Shown here one piece after another: positions 1 through 12,849 of a stretch of 64,000 nucleotides of DNA. Numbering within the stretch: the first letter of the stretch is position 1; each line of letters starts with the position of its first letter. Both the position numbers and the translations under genes were made by a program. The notes beneath the pieces were generated by a model. The model saw only the letters and a program-made list of their open reading frames with translations. It searched no databases and was not told the origin of the DNA. Source of the stretch: Basidiobolus meristosporus CBS 931.73 (lineage: Eukaryota > Fungi > Basidiobolomycota); NCBI GenBank assembly GCA_002104905.1, contig MCFE01000243.1:1-64000 (forward strand), in the 5' to 3' direction.

Positions 1-480
1 ATTACAGCACAAATACTTGTTGAGTGGTAGATTTTAATGGAGTTACCTGTTGAGTGCAGGGTTGGGCTGAGTGTTAGTGAAGGGTATAGGGGCTTGTATA
101 GGTCAATACAATTGGCAATTGAGGTACAACTGAAGTCTCATCAGATATAAATCAATTGGTACACATTAAAAGTAAGAGAAACAGTTTAGTCAAGAAGTAA
201 GAAGTCTGAAAAAGAGGTAATAGCTAATAAATACGCACAAATGTAGGAGGTGATAAAATATCTAGGATCAGAAAGTGAGCCAATTGGCAGAGTACTAATC
301 AAAAGCCACCTATGAACTGTTGTGATGAAAATTGTGACTTGGTTTTTTGTGAAAGCTGGGGTGCAATTATTTTTCAATGGTCTCTGCATGGTGTCCTGAC
401 AGGATCAGTGCCTCTTGGCCATGTGACTTTGAATCTGTGATGGCTTTTTGGTGGTATCATCACAACAATTGCTCATAGGG
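1..480 (+). mobile_element. Terminal fragment of CCCTA-ended CACTA/CMC-like family (3' part of ORF-X plus terminus)
   Basis: Reverse complement of 7601-8000 and 11804-12200; ends ...gctcataggg at 480 (CCCTATGAG.. on the minus strand). Confidence 0.7.
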
Positions 481-1100
481 CTATATCACCAAAAGCATTG
501 ACAGTTGGGAATTTTGAATTGCTGAGAAATAACACTTGAAAGAAGCTTGAGCCACAATGAGCAGGATCTTTCAAGATCATCAGAAAATGTCCATTTGCAA
601 CTTACCAGTGGACAAACAAGGGAATATCCGGGATGATTTAGTACATAGAGACAGACTCAAGCTTGCAAAACTTGATGACAATACTGAACCATCAAGTTAT
701 TGGTATCACAAGAAAAGGGATTCAGGAGAGCCCTCTGAGCTTTAGTAGGGGAGAATGTTATGATCTACTGCTTGAATGTTTAAGTTAGATCAGCACTTAT
801 TCATATTCATTAGTTTTATGTTTAGCCTCTTGGTATATTAGTATTATCAATCAAATCAGTAGTATTAGCCAGCAGATGAATCAGCAGATCCTTATCAGAC
901 AGAAATACGTATATAAAGTGGGATTTAAATGGAAGATGATGATGCTATCAAATGAGTCATCAGCCATAACCTACATTAGGAGATCTAACTAGTCATCAAA
1001 TGATTGGACAAAATATATATTAGGTCCTGCCAAACTCTCAATAAAATTCAGTTCAAGTGTTAGTGAATACAACACTAGCTAGGCTCCCTATTCCTCTACA
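481..1100 (+). mobile_element. 3' end of Ty3/Gypsy family 2: integrase C-terminus, PPT and 3' LTR (756-1100)
   Basis: ORF 557-745 matches 32387-32575; PPT aggggagaa then TGTTATG...CTCTACA; LTR homologous to 32586-32926. Confidence 0.8.
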
Positions 1101-1849
1101 GCTCTTATATAAGACTTTTAACAAGAGAACAAGGAGATTTTTGCCTTCATTGCCATAGGCTCTTCTATGTCAATCATGTCAGAGTTAATAGCAAAATGTC
1201 TAAAGCTAGGAACAGTCCCCCACAACATCATTCAAGTGCAGCTAGCAAGTAACCATTAGATGTGTGGTAATGGAAAGTATTTCATTACTACATATCTCAG
1301 AACCAATATTGCACTCATTTCTTTATTTTGCTTTTTGCTATTGTGACACACAAGTGAAAGATCATGAATTTTCAACTTCAAAGGACAAATGCTCCAGACC
1401 CCAACAAGAAACTCACCCAAGAATATTATTTCATGCAGAGCACTGAGTAGCCAACACATGTTTCAAATTGCAGCTCATTTGATGCAGTTCTCAAGGAGGT
1501 GCAATCAAAAGAGACCAAATATCATATATACTAGGCCTCTATTGCTAGGATTACTATTGCAACTTTGTATTACATGTATTGCTTGCACAATTGTCCAAAA
1601 ACTTTGTTCCTTCAAAACTTTCAAATATATGACTTCCCCAGCTGAAAAATGAAGGAGAGCCTCTCTTCCCAGAATCTCCACACCACAATTACATGTTTAA
1701 AGGTTATAATACTTCCTCAGCATCACTTGCACTGTTGAGTATTCTGACTTTGATTGGTACTACATTAGTAAAGAGACTGCAAGGCTAAAAAGACTCCAAT
1801 CTAAGTTCTACAAGAAAACTACCACTTTTCTGTTGGAAAAGTCCTCTCT

Positions 1850-2030
1850 AAGAAACCCCTTTACTCTGAAGACACCCCTTTAGAGACCCCTTGAAAAAAC
1901 CCCTTTACTCAAAAGAAGCCCCATTAGGCACCCCTTTGGTGTAAAGTCCACTTTAGTGACCACGGTAAGAAGCCCCTTTACTCTGAAGACACCCCTTTAG
2001 GTCTCAAGACCCCTTTACAGACTTCTACAC
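1850..2030 (+). repeat. Degenerate tandem repeats (cccctttactctgaagacaccccttta units) upstream of Gypsy gag
   Basis: Two near-identical ~27-bp units plus several CCCCTTTA cores. Confidence 0.6.
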
Positions 2031-2429
2031 TACACCTCTTTAGGTTAGAGGAGAGTTCAAAATCTCCATTTTTGGAAATATTTTCTCTGAAAGGAAAGTG
2101 ACTTCCAAATAAGGAAACATTACAGTAAAAGTCAATAAGCCCAACAGTTGACAGACGGTCAGAAAACTGCTGTAGAAGTGAGAAACACTCCCTATAGTAT
2201 ATTTTGAGCCTAAGATCGAGGATACTTATGAAAGGTATATCTCTTATTGGTATACCAAACTCCCAATGCACTATTTCAGTATTAGCATACTGGAAGTTGT
2301 TGTATATTGCTGATTAGCCTCTACATGATAGAACAAGTCCCAAACTAATTGCAATACAGCACAACCAGAATTTGGTGGAGGACCTGGGTAGTTTGAACCG
2401 TTCATTATACAGGCATCCAGAAATATTAC

Positions 2430-5400
2430 AAGAATGACCAATACACCACTACTGGAGTTCACAGCCATGCTTAAAGGTGTTATTCTAGTAAGATTCTCAG
2501 GAGAGAATGGCACTGAGTTTCTAGAAGAGTTTAACAATATAGCTGCAGCATATGAGTTATCACACAAGAACAAAATCTAGTTGTTTCCCTCTCTCTGTGA
2601 AGTTGAAGTATCAAGATTTTTACAAAGTTTGGATCCATTTAGGATAATTGTTAGTGTTAACTGTAGCTGGGACACTGCTCAACAAGCTATTTTAGCTGAA
2701 TACCAAAAGGAAGCACAGCTTGTTACACTAAATGAGCTAGAAATGCCTTATAAAAAGACCCAACCCTTGCAAAAGTGTACTCAAAAGTTTGAGTCAAAAG
2801 CAAGGCATGTTGAAGCAGCTATTGGAATTCCAAGATATTATCAAAGAGACTTTTTTCTGATGAATGTGCCTCTTGAGATTTGCAATTCCATTAGTCATCA
2901 AGTTCAGGCTACAAGCTCCTATGTCAATGTAAAACAAATGGTACAAAACTATCAATCAGAGAGACAAGTCATGGATTTCATTAATATTGAAATGAGTATT
3001 TCCACTCCAGCTAAACAAATTCTTCTTTGTACAAATAACTCACAGAGTAATCAGGTTAATGAAATAATTGATGCATTAGGAACACTGACACTTAAGTTGG
3101 ACTCTCAAAGTGTACCATCATCTAGCATCAACAAAGTAAGACCAGAAAATCCTAAAACAACCAGTAATTATCCATGGCAAACCAAATGTTGTGTGTACTG
3201 TGAGTCTACTGAACATAGATGTTATTGTTGTCTAATAATAAATATTGATATTGACAGTCATAAAGTTATGATTGATTGCTATGGGAAGATCTGTGATATT
3301 TCTGGAAGCCCCTTGCCTATCAACAGAGGTAGTGATGGAATGAGTTCTCAACTACTTGCTTAAGAAGAATTAGGTAAAAGCACCACAAAATCAAATTTCA
3401 TAGAAATCCAAAAGACTGCGGAAATTCCAATCAATGAACATTATATACTCACAATATCAGACCTACCAGGGCAGGTCCAAGAATATCTAATGGAAAAAGC
3501 AGAAGTTGAAAAATTTAATTGCCTTATTGATAAGACAAGATATGTCTCTATAGAGAACAATTCTAAAAAGGTGTATACCTACAAAAGTAATCAGCCAGTT
3601 GTTGAAATAGCAGTGCGGTGGTGGATAAGTCCAAGGGAGAGATATGTCCAAAACTTTCAAGTGTTTTGTGTGTGGGGAGCTCACTAGGTGCAGTAACCTC
3701 TGGCAAATACTTGCTAGGAATACTTGGGTTCTGACTCTAATCTAATGTGAAGGGGAATAAAGCCACAAGCTTGTCAAGGGAAAACTATTGAGCTACAATC
3801 CCCAACTTGGTTGGCATCTTAACAGAAGTATGTGCTGAGTTCAGCTTCCTTTGAGATGACAATGTACTAAAGCTTCCAAAGTCAAAGCAACTGTAAACTC
3901 CACCAGCAGGGACTTGATAAAAATGTAGCTGTGGTAAATAGTTACAAACACAGAAAAGTATCTTTGCCAGTACAAGAACAAACTTGGGAAAGAATCAAAT
4001 ATAATAAAAGATGCCTACTCTGACTATTTCTCATATGTAGTGCCTCCAAGGTCAGTTGACTGTCAGGGCGGTTTCCTGGTAGTGCCCTGTGGTCTGCGGT
4101 TAGAAGTTCAGGTAGCAGCAGATAGCAGTGATCACACAAATCAACAAGTTGGTATGTTGATAAAAGGGATGATGACTTATTGTTGAGGGATTGCCTCCCT
4201 TATGTACTTCTCTCACTGGTTAAGTGATTACTAATTATAGTGTTCCAGAAAGTTCCAGAGATCAACAGAAATCTTAATGACATCAGAACGAGCTGAGTAT
4301 TCTAAGTAGGTACCAGAAGGTTCTAAGAGGCACAGCACATCCAAACAATCAGGAATCAGTACTATGAAACCTGTGTAAGATAGGGATACCATATATGGTA
4401 TAGAAATGGTAGGGATGGTGACATGGGTTGATCATGTGTCACAGGTACTGGCAAGGGTATTTGCCTAATATAGAGGCGCTTACACCTAGTAATCTTACAT
4501 AAAGTGAGAGATAACTTATGCATTTAAGTAAGCCGGTGTGATAGTCAGCTGGCTTATTGGATAGTACTCATCAAGTACAACAAATGGGATAAAACTAAAA
4601 TAAGTGTAGTACAGAAATAGGGATGTAGAAAATATGGGAATGAGCACATTTGTCAGTGGGTGTCACTGTGATCCCACAACACCAGTACAGCCAGAAGCAT
4701 CAAAAATTCAAAAAGAACACTTGCAATCTCAATCTCAGTATGACACTAATGCAATTACACAGAAAGTTATCAATAAATTATGGAAATTCCCATTTCCACA
4801 ACTTAAAAATCAAAAAATGTTCACCACTATCAACAATCTCAGTCAACTACTACCAGAGATGGTTAAGCCTATGAGCAAAGATATCCTAATGAATTATCAA
4901 GAGCAGTCTTCAACAACATTATCAAGTGTACAACTAAAATTTGAAGTGGAAAAAGCCTTCTACTCTATTACAACAGGAAGCTATGCTACTACAATCATGA
5001 ATGTTGAAGTGGAATGTGTTTTTGATTTTGGATCAGAAATCAATGCCATCACCGCCATGACTTTTGAAAAAATCAAATTACCATTAAAAGAAGTTGAATG
5101 GAATATGATAATTGCTACAGGTGCAACAGAGAAGATCCTTAGACTTTGCCACTCTGTACCAGCTGAAATTGGAGGAATCAGGGTTACTTCTCCCTTTTTC
5201 ATTATTGCCAATGGACCCACTTTTGAGGTATTGTTGGGACAACCATATGAGAGAAAATCTCTTCTACAAGCTGATAACAGACCTGATATAAGCTTATGAC
5301 TGACAATCACATTTGACAATCAAGAAAGAAGGGCAACCTTTTGTGCAGTAGAACAGAATAATCCAAGAAATGCAGACTGAATTCCAGTACAAAATACTCA

Positions 5401-7600
5401 GGTGTATAAGGATATTCTGTTTTATGATCAACACTTCATTATGTCAACAACAAGTAAGACAAGTGCCAAGTATAAGGCAGTTGCATTGAAAGCAAAGCCA
5501 GTATCTACCGGAATCTCACCATCTGCCCACAACAATCCTCAAATGGAGCCTTTGCACAAATATGAAAAAGTCAGACTCACAGAAGAGAAGCTCAAGGAGG
5601 TAGCCATTGGGACTACTATTACCACTGAGGAGAAATGCCTCTTTTTGACTATGCTGCAACACTATGACAATGTCTTTGCATTTAATGATGCACAAAGAGG
5701 ATGTTTATACACAGAGCCATTTTCACCGGTTAAGATCCATACCATAGAACATACACCATGGGTACTGAGATCATATCCTATTCCCTCAGGATTACTGAAC
5801 AAAGTGATTAAAATGCTACAATCCAGATTTCAAAGTGGAGTTATTGAAGATAGCTATGGACCTTACTGTAGTCCCTGTTTTACACTATTGAAGAAAAATA
5901 GAAGTCTATGGTTTATTCATGACATACAGCATTAGATAAGGTCACCATCAAAGAAGCCATGCAATCACCCATACAATATGAGTATATTGAGTCATTTACT
6001 GGATATCCTCCGGCAAAAACATTGGATCTTTATTCAGGATGAAACTAAATACGTCTGGATCCTGACTCAAGAGACTTCACCCCTATGGATACACCAATAG
6101 GACTCATAAGGATGACAAGATTTCCTCAAAGATGGACTAACTCTCTGCAAAACTATCAATGTTCAGTGATTTGGGTTTTGGATGACTGTTTCCCTGAAAT
6201 ATGTCAGCCATTTCTTAGAGAAAAGGATACATCACATGTCTTACCTCAAGTCAGAAGATATATATATGATCACATATGCACTGTTGAAAGGGTCATGAGT
6301 GGCATGAAGAACAGGCAAATGCTATGTCAACATTACTTGAGTCATTATCAAAGCCACCTGTCTTAGCAGCTATAGACAACAGTGTTATTGATTCACAACC
6401 AATCATTGTATCAGTTAATAGCTCTGGAATTGGGGTTGGGGGAATTAAGACCCAAGATTCAAAAGACCATGGTTGACAACCTTGCAAATATCTTAGTAGA
6501 CTATTCAAAGAAAATCAGCTTAACTATCCATCTATCAAGAAAAAAGCACTGTGAGTACTCTAGGTACTCAAAAAGCTAATGCCATACTTATTAGGAGTGC
6601 ACTACATGCTGGAGGTTGATGCCAAGCCATTATTAAGAATGTTGATCAAGTTGGAGCTTTTGCCCCATCCTATTCTAGCATAGTGGATACCATACATCCA
6701 GATCCTTGACTTTACACTGAAACAAATACCAGGAGCCAATCACAAAAGACCTGATACCTTATCTGGAAAGCAATCAAACTCACTGTACTTAACTGATGAT
6801 GATGAGATTGATAAGTTTCTTGAAAACACAAGTCTTGGATTCTCATTCTGACATATGAAACAAAGCAATTATCACCAAGTTAAGGAATTTGTTACATCAC
6901 TCAGTGGTCCTGCTGATATTCCCACAAATCAAAGCACAAATTTTAAAAAGAAGGCTTTGAGGTTTGTACTGCCTGACAGCACACTTTTCAGAAAAAGCAA
7001 ACATGGAGTCCCTCAGCAGTATATACTTAGCAAGCATGATCAAGAGAAGATCATTCAAGAATAGCATGAATCTGAATCAGAAGGTCATACAGGAATTACA
7101 TCAACATATACAAAATCTCCTTAGGGTATTTTTGGCCAATGCTATACACCAACACAAAAGAATATATGAAAATATGTATTCCTTGTCAAAGAAGACACAA
7201 CTAAAAGATGCATGAGCCACTTCACAAGATATACACATATTATGCTTGGCAAATTGCACATGTAGACATTATACATTTACTAAGGGCAACAGGAGGGTAT
7301 AAGTATGTAGTGGACTGTTGTGATAACTTTACTGGTAGGATACAGGCTAGAATGCTGAAACAAGCAAATGCAAAAGCAGTAGCAAGATTTGTTAAAGAAG
7401 AGGTGTATTTCAGATATGGTTCAGTTGGTGCCCTAATTGCAGATAATGAGGAATATGAATCTTATGAAATACAAGCACCTGCAATGAGGCATGAAACCAA
7501 GTATATGCATACTACACTATATCACCCACAAGCAAATTCACCAGTTGAACGTGGACATTCTGCTTTGCAAACACATTAGCAAAGCTTAGGCATGAAAAAC
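2430..7600 (+). mobile_element. Degenerate Ty3/Gypsy family 1 (gag, protease, RT, RNase H, integrase), truncated by a CMC insertion
   Basis: gag ~2430-3363 (RFSGENGTEFLEEF; CVYCESTEH); protease VFDFGSEIN (4634-5299); RT YCSPCFTLLKKNRSLWFIHD and TPIGLIRMTRFPQ; integrase WQIAHVDII and HPQANSPVERGH; many stops and frameshifts. Confidence 0.85.
3614..4681 (-). mobile_element. ~1.07-kb solo LTR (large-LTR family) inserted in Gypsy family 1
   Basis: TG...CA ends; homologous to 43701-44775 and, inverted, to 30541-31354; flanks gcag/ccag. Confidence 0.75.
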
Positions 7601-7799
7601 CCCCATGAGAAGTTATTGAGATGATCCTGTCAAAAGGCCATCACAAGGTTAAAGTCCCATGCTTAAGAGGTACTGATCCTGTTAGGACACTGTCCAGAGA
7701 ACATTGAAAAATAATAACACCCCAGATTTTGCAAAAAACTGGATCAAAACTTTTCATTACAACAACATATAGGTGGCTTTTGATTGGTTCCCTGCCAAT

Positions 7800-9430
7800 T
7801 TGCTCACCTTCTGATCCTGGACACTCTATTGCTTCTTACATTTGTGTGCATTGATTGGCTATTGCCTCTTTTTCACACTCCTTACTTACTGACTCAACTA
7901 TTTCTCTTACTTTTCATGCATACAAGTTGATTTATTTCCATTGAATCTTCAGTTGTACCTCAATTGCCAATTGTATTGACCTATACAAGTCCCTAAACCA
8001 TTTACTAACATTAAGCCAACACCACACCCAACAAGTAACTCCATTAATATCCTCCACTCAACAAGTATTTCTGCTGTAACACTCTGGTCCCACAACTTTG
8101 GCAGTAACCCAATGGTTTTATGCCACTGTTCATTTACTGGCTCCCACACATCCTGGTCTTCAGCTGGCACTGCATGGTCTAGCACATCATATGCCAGTCT
8201 TTGCAACAAATCCTTGCAATATTCCAGTGCATTATATTGAGCACTGCTCTTGAAGAAGTGCTGCAACCTCTTGGTGTACCTATTAATGTTCCAAAATCTC
8301 ACTGAAGGCATTGTGATAGCCTTACAAGCTCTTATTGTTGTAGCCTTGTCTGACAGTGGGATCCCCACTCTGTCAACAATGGAGGCTGTGGAGGCAGCGG
8401 TAGACAAATTGCCTTTTTCAACATACTCATCTACCTTGCTGGAGTGTAGCTCAATTTGCTGGGCTTCCAAATCTTGTGAAAACAGCTGTTTTCTTGTTGG
8501 TAATTCTTCTTGGCTATGATAGTATTTGGCCTGCTTCAGGCTTGCAGCATTAATGGGCAAGAACTGCAGTTTTTTTGCATACCTCCCTGTCTCAGGCTTG
8601 GGTAGACATTTTCCTCTTAACCTTTTCCTTTTTCACTGCCAGGTCTTTCACTGCTACTTTGTCTGAGCACTTCTTGTAAAGAACAACATTTTCTCCTTGA
8701 TAAATTCTGCTCTGACACATCTGTTTTGACCTGCTTATCCATTCCTGGCACTCTTCTGGCAGCCTGACCTTTTGTATTGGCTTGTTATGAGCTCTCAGCT
8801 GTAGTTGTGTTGGGCTCCTGAAAAAGTGGCTGGCTTTTATCACTGCCAGGTCCTTCACTGCTACATTGACTGTGTGCTTCTTGAGTGGTATTATGCATTT
8901 TCCTTGGTAAATGTTGCGCTGGTGGATCCATGTCTGCATGCCTGTCCCTAATTGGCACTCTTCCAGCCACCTGATGTCTGTTTGACGCTTGTCCGGAGCT
9001 TTTGACCTGGCTTGTAATGGGCTCTTAAAGAAGCTGCAGGTATTTAGCCATAGCTACCCTTGTTCTTCTGCCTTTGATAGTTTCTGCTATTCTTAAGATA
9101 CTTTCTTAGCATACCAATACTGGCCCAAAATCTTTTTGCCCATTTGGATCCAGGATAATGCTCATGGAGCAAATCAACGTGCATTCTGCTTAGCCTTGAG
9201 TTCCTGATGGTCTCAAGGTATGCCACCCTGAAGGTGATGGCATGCTAAGCTTCTAAAGGCCTCTTGTGTATTAGCCCATTCTTCATTATTGCACTCAACA
9301 GCTTCACAGATCTTCATTGTCTTTTGATTTTTAGGCTTTGGTACAAACACCACATTATCTCCCTCCCATGCTGTGATAGGTTTTTCTATGTGCATTATCT
9401 TTGGGCACTGTTGTTGGGCTTCAGACACTG
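7800..9430 (-). pseudogene. ORF-X, unrecognised accessory protein of the CMC-like element (fragments 9213-9428, 9044-9226, 8592-8939, 7949-8560)
   Basis: The same peptide (LEYCKDLLQRLA..WEPVNEQWHK..EW..L.ELLV.CG) recurs at 12134-12829, 37170-37560, 40324-40593, 42457-42738 and 44800-45240. Confidence 0.6.
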
Positions 9431-9627
9431 TACGGTATTCCTCTGCAGTTACATTGCAAAATGGCTCAATTCATGGCTGTGAAACTGCACTACCTGAGTT
9501 CCTTCTTTGCAGCTAAGATATTGCTTTCTCTACCTGAGCTACTGATTGCTCTATGCATATTATCCCCACATCCTCTTTCTGGACTATTACCTGACTCAAC
9601 ACCAAAAGAGAAGAGAAAAAAGACCAT

Positions 9628-11760
9628 ATGGCTATTGTGGCAAGCCTCTCAGCCATGAATCATGCAGACAGCATAGGAAAGTATTGCAAGGATGACGGCC
9701 AGTGTTTTGCCTCCCAAGTCATAATTGACCACTTGTTGGTCATTACTGTTCCAACATTATCTTGTCAGCCAGTTGATACTTCTGTATTGGCACCTGGCCA
9801 TCTTTGTCACCTTGCACAAACTGAGTTAGGTGAGTTTGTGACACCTCTAGGCTCTCCTCAGCCTTCTGAATATGGCACACAGAGTTATAGCTCTGACAAA
9901 GAAGGTCCACTAATGGATTTTGAACTTATCTCTCCTAACAACAGTACCATGTATGAGCCTGGTCATATCACAATATGCTATGAGACAACACCTGTTGAGA
10001 CAAATGCCAAGGATACTTTATGGAGCCAAGTGAGCCCAGTAATCCATCTACTTGTGAATGATGTGATGTTGTGGCCAGAGAAGTGGTGCATTTCCTCTAA
10101 TATCAGTAATGGGGGCTTTGAGGAATTATTACTACTTCTTGCCAAGATCATACCAGGATGCAACTTACAATGTACATGGTACAAGTGGACAACTGTCATG
10201 TGGCTGGCAACAAATGATCCAGAGACTGTGCTGACTCCTGCATGTGTCAACAGTTGCATGGCATTCACATCCAAAAATGCTAACATTGCAATGTATCCAA
10301 ATTGTCAGGAATCCACCACCATTGAGGGAAAATATTGTTGGCACTCTGGATATGTTCCGGTCATACCCCATCTGAGGAAGCTGATGCAGTCTGTCAAATA
10401 TTGCAAAGCTATATTGTACAGCACTCAGTATCAATCAAGTGCAAACACATCAAATATATTGATGGCAAACATTACTAACAGCTAAGAAGCAAGGACTACT
10501 TTGAAGGTATGTATAACCATGCTGCTGATTTAGGACTTGATGGATTCTCATCAAACTGGTACTCTACCAGCAAATCCTGCTGTCCACGGATTCTCATCAA
10601 TGTGAATCTGCTGCCCATCTTACAGTATCAGAGCAATAATCTGCTGGTATTCTCACTAGTCTCTGAGCCTAAATCACTATCCAACCTGCATAGTTACCTG
10701 TATCCATTGTTGGATATATTTTGTAGCTTTCCAGCAGGATAACAATAAATGGCAATCATGTAAAAGCGCTTATTATTAACTACATTGGAGATACCCCTGC
10801 CATTAGCAAGACAGCAGGTTTTTCTGGGCACAATGAATGGTATTGCTGTCAAATGCGTAAGATCCAGGGGATTTACTCCATAACTCACACACATTATTAT
10901 TGCCCAAACATCAGCACTAAGAACATCATCTTTCCACGGAGAGAACATACAGAAGTCAGCATGCAATTGCAGCAAAGTTGGCAAGCTATTAATCATTAGC
11001 CACAATATGGAATCAATTGGAAACCAGTGATACTTAAGATAAAGGGTATCTGTTAGAGCAAAAGCTGTCCACTGGGAGCAATGTATTTACTTTTCAACAA
11101 TATCCCTATACTGATGACCAAGTTGTATATGGGGCATTTCAGGCAAATGAGCCCTTCAAGATACCAAAAAAATCTGGAAGAATTGGCAAGATATTATAGA
11201 GTATCTGCTACCCTAAGTACTTCTCACAGACTGAAATTAATATTCATATGCACATACTACAATATAAATGCACAGACTGGATGAGCTGAATATGCATTTA
11301 TCCAGGTGGCATTCTGAAGCCACTTCCACAATGAGTACATTGGATGCATTGGGAGTCATATGTGGACATTGTAGGAATATTTATCCTCAAGTGGATCACC
11401 AATGCCAACTGGATGCATCTACAGCTGTTGTGTGAGGAGTATGTAATGAGATTTGAGTGGCTATACTACAAACATAAAGCTGAATGTGCAGATCTCTGCT
11501 GCTACTGTATCCATCCTCTACTCCATCTTGCACTGTGTGTGGAGAATATTGGGCCTTGCTTCACCTTTTGGGAGTATCCTATGGAGTGTATATGTGGGGA
11601 GATGGGAAGACAAGTCAAGTTGTAGGTACGGCTGTATCCCAATCTCATCAGGAATATAAACTTAAACTCCGCCATGGATGTGATGAGTTGGCACATGGAA
11701 GATAGCCAGGAAGAGTTGGAAAATACTGAGGACAGGTTTGTACATGGAGACACCTATGTC
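9628..11760 (+). pseudogene. CACTA/EnSpm (Tnp2-family) transposase remnant
   Basis: DLGLDGF..S..P.ILINVNLLP...NNL; GDTPAISKTAGFSGHN..CCQMRKIQG; IHPLLHLALCVENIGPCFTFWEYPMEC (DUF4218-like). Confidence 0.85.
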
Positions 11761-11803
11761 TATGGCATTAAGAAGCTAAGCAGCCCCAATGTGTGTGTAA
11801 TCA

Positions 11804-12830
11804 CCCTATGAAAAATTATTGAGATGATTCCGTCAAAAGGCCATCACAAAGTTAATGTCCCATGACTGAGAGGTACTGATCTTGTCAGGACTCCATCCAG
11901 CGACCGTTGAAAAATAATTGCACCCCCAATTTCACAAAAACTTTGTCAACATTTTTCATCACCACAATGTATTAGTGGCTTTTGATTGGTTCCCTGCCAA
12001 TTTGCGCACTTTCTGATCCCAGACACTCTATTGGCTCCTATATTTGTGTGAATTGATTGGCTATTGCCCCTTTTTCACACTCCTTACTTCCTGACTCAAC
12101 CGTTTCTCTTACTTTTCATGCGTACAAATTGATTTATTGCCGTTGAAGCTTCAGTTGTACCTCAATTGCCAATTGTATTGACCTATACAAGTCTCTATAC
12201 TCTACACTAACATTAAGCCGAATCCCACACTCAACAAGTAACTCCCTTAAAATCCACCACTCAATAAGTATTTCTGCTATAATGCTCTGGTTCCACCACT
12301 TTGGCAAGAACCCAACAGCTTTATGCCACTGTTCATTCACTGGTTCCCACATGTCCTGGTCATCAGCCAGCACTGCAAGGTCCAGCTTCTCATCTGCCAG
12401 TCTTTGCAATAAATCCTTGCAATATTCCAGTGCATTTTCTTGAGCACTGCTCTTGAAGAAGTGCTGCAACCTCTTGGTGTGCCTATTGATGTTACAAAAC
12501 TCCACTGAAGGCATTGTGATAGTCTTTTGAGCTCTGCACGTTGTAGCCTTGTCTGCCAGTGGGATCTCCACTCTGTCAACAATGGAGGCTGTGGAGGCTG
12601 TGGTAGACAAATTGCCTTTTTCAGCAAGCTCATCTACCTTGCTGGAGTGTAGCTCAACTGGCTGTGCTTCCAAATCTTGTGAAAACAGCTGTTTTCTTAT
12701 TGGTAATTCTTCTTGGCTATGATGGGATTCAGTCTGTTCCTGGCTTGCGGCGTTAATTGGATGTACTGGCCAGTTAGATCCATTTAAAATAGCTGTAGAG
12801 CACACTAAGACTGCGACAATGCCATGCAAT
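11804..12830 (-). mobile_element. Second CMC-like terminal copy, best-preserved ORF-X segment (12134-12829, 231 aa)
   Basis: Starts ccctatgaaaaattattgagatg at 11804; colinear with 7601-8560. Confidence 0.75.
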
Positions 12831-12849
12831 TATTGTCACAGCACTCAAC

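Larger units (their letters stand above)
7601..11803. mobile_element. CACTA/CMC-like DNA transposon relic: CCC(C/T)ATG terminus, ORF-X on minus, Tnp2-type transposase on plus
   Basis: Terminus ccccatgagaagttattgagatgatcctgtcaaaaggcc is shared with 480, 11804, 37897 and 45559; transposase motifs lie downstream. Confidence 0.7.

Noticed and set aside
7601-9600. ORF-X repeat as a Helitron
   Set aside because: Only one copy ends near CTAG; the consensus end is CATAGGG, there is no convincing GC hairpin, and no Rep/helicase motifs are present.
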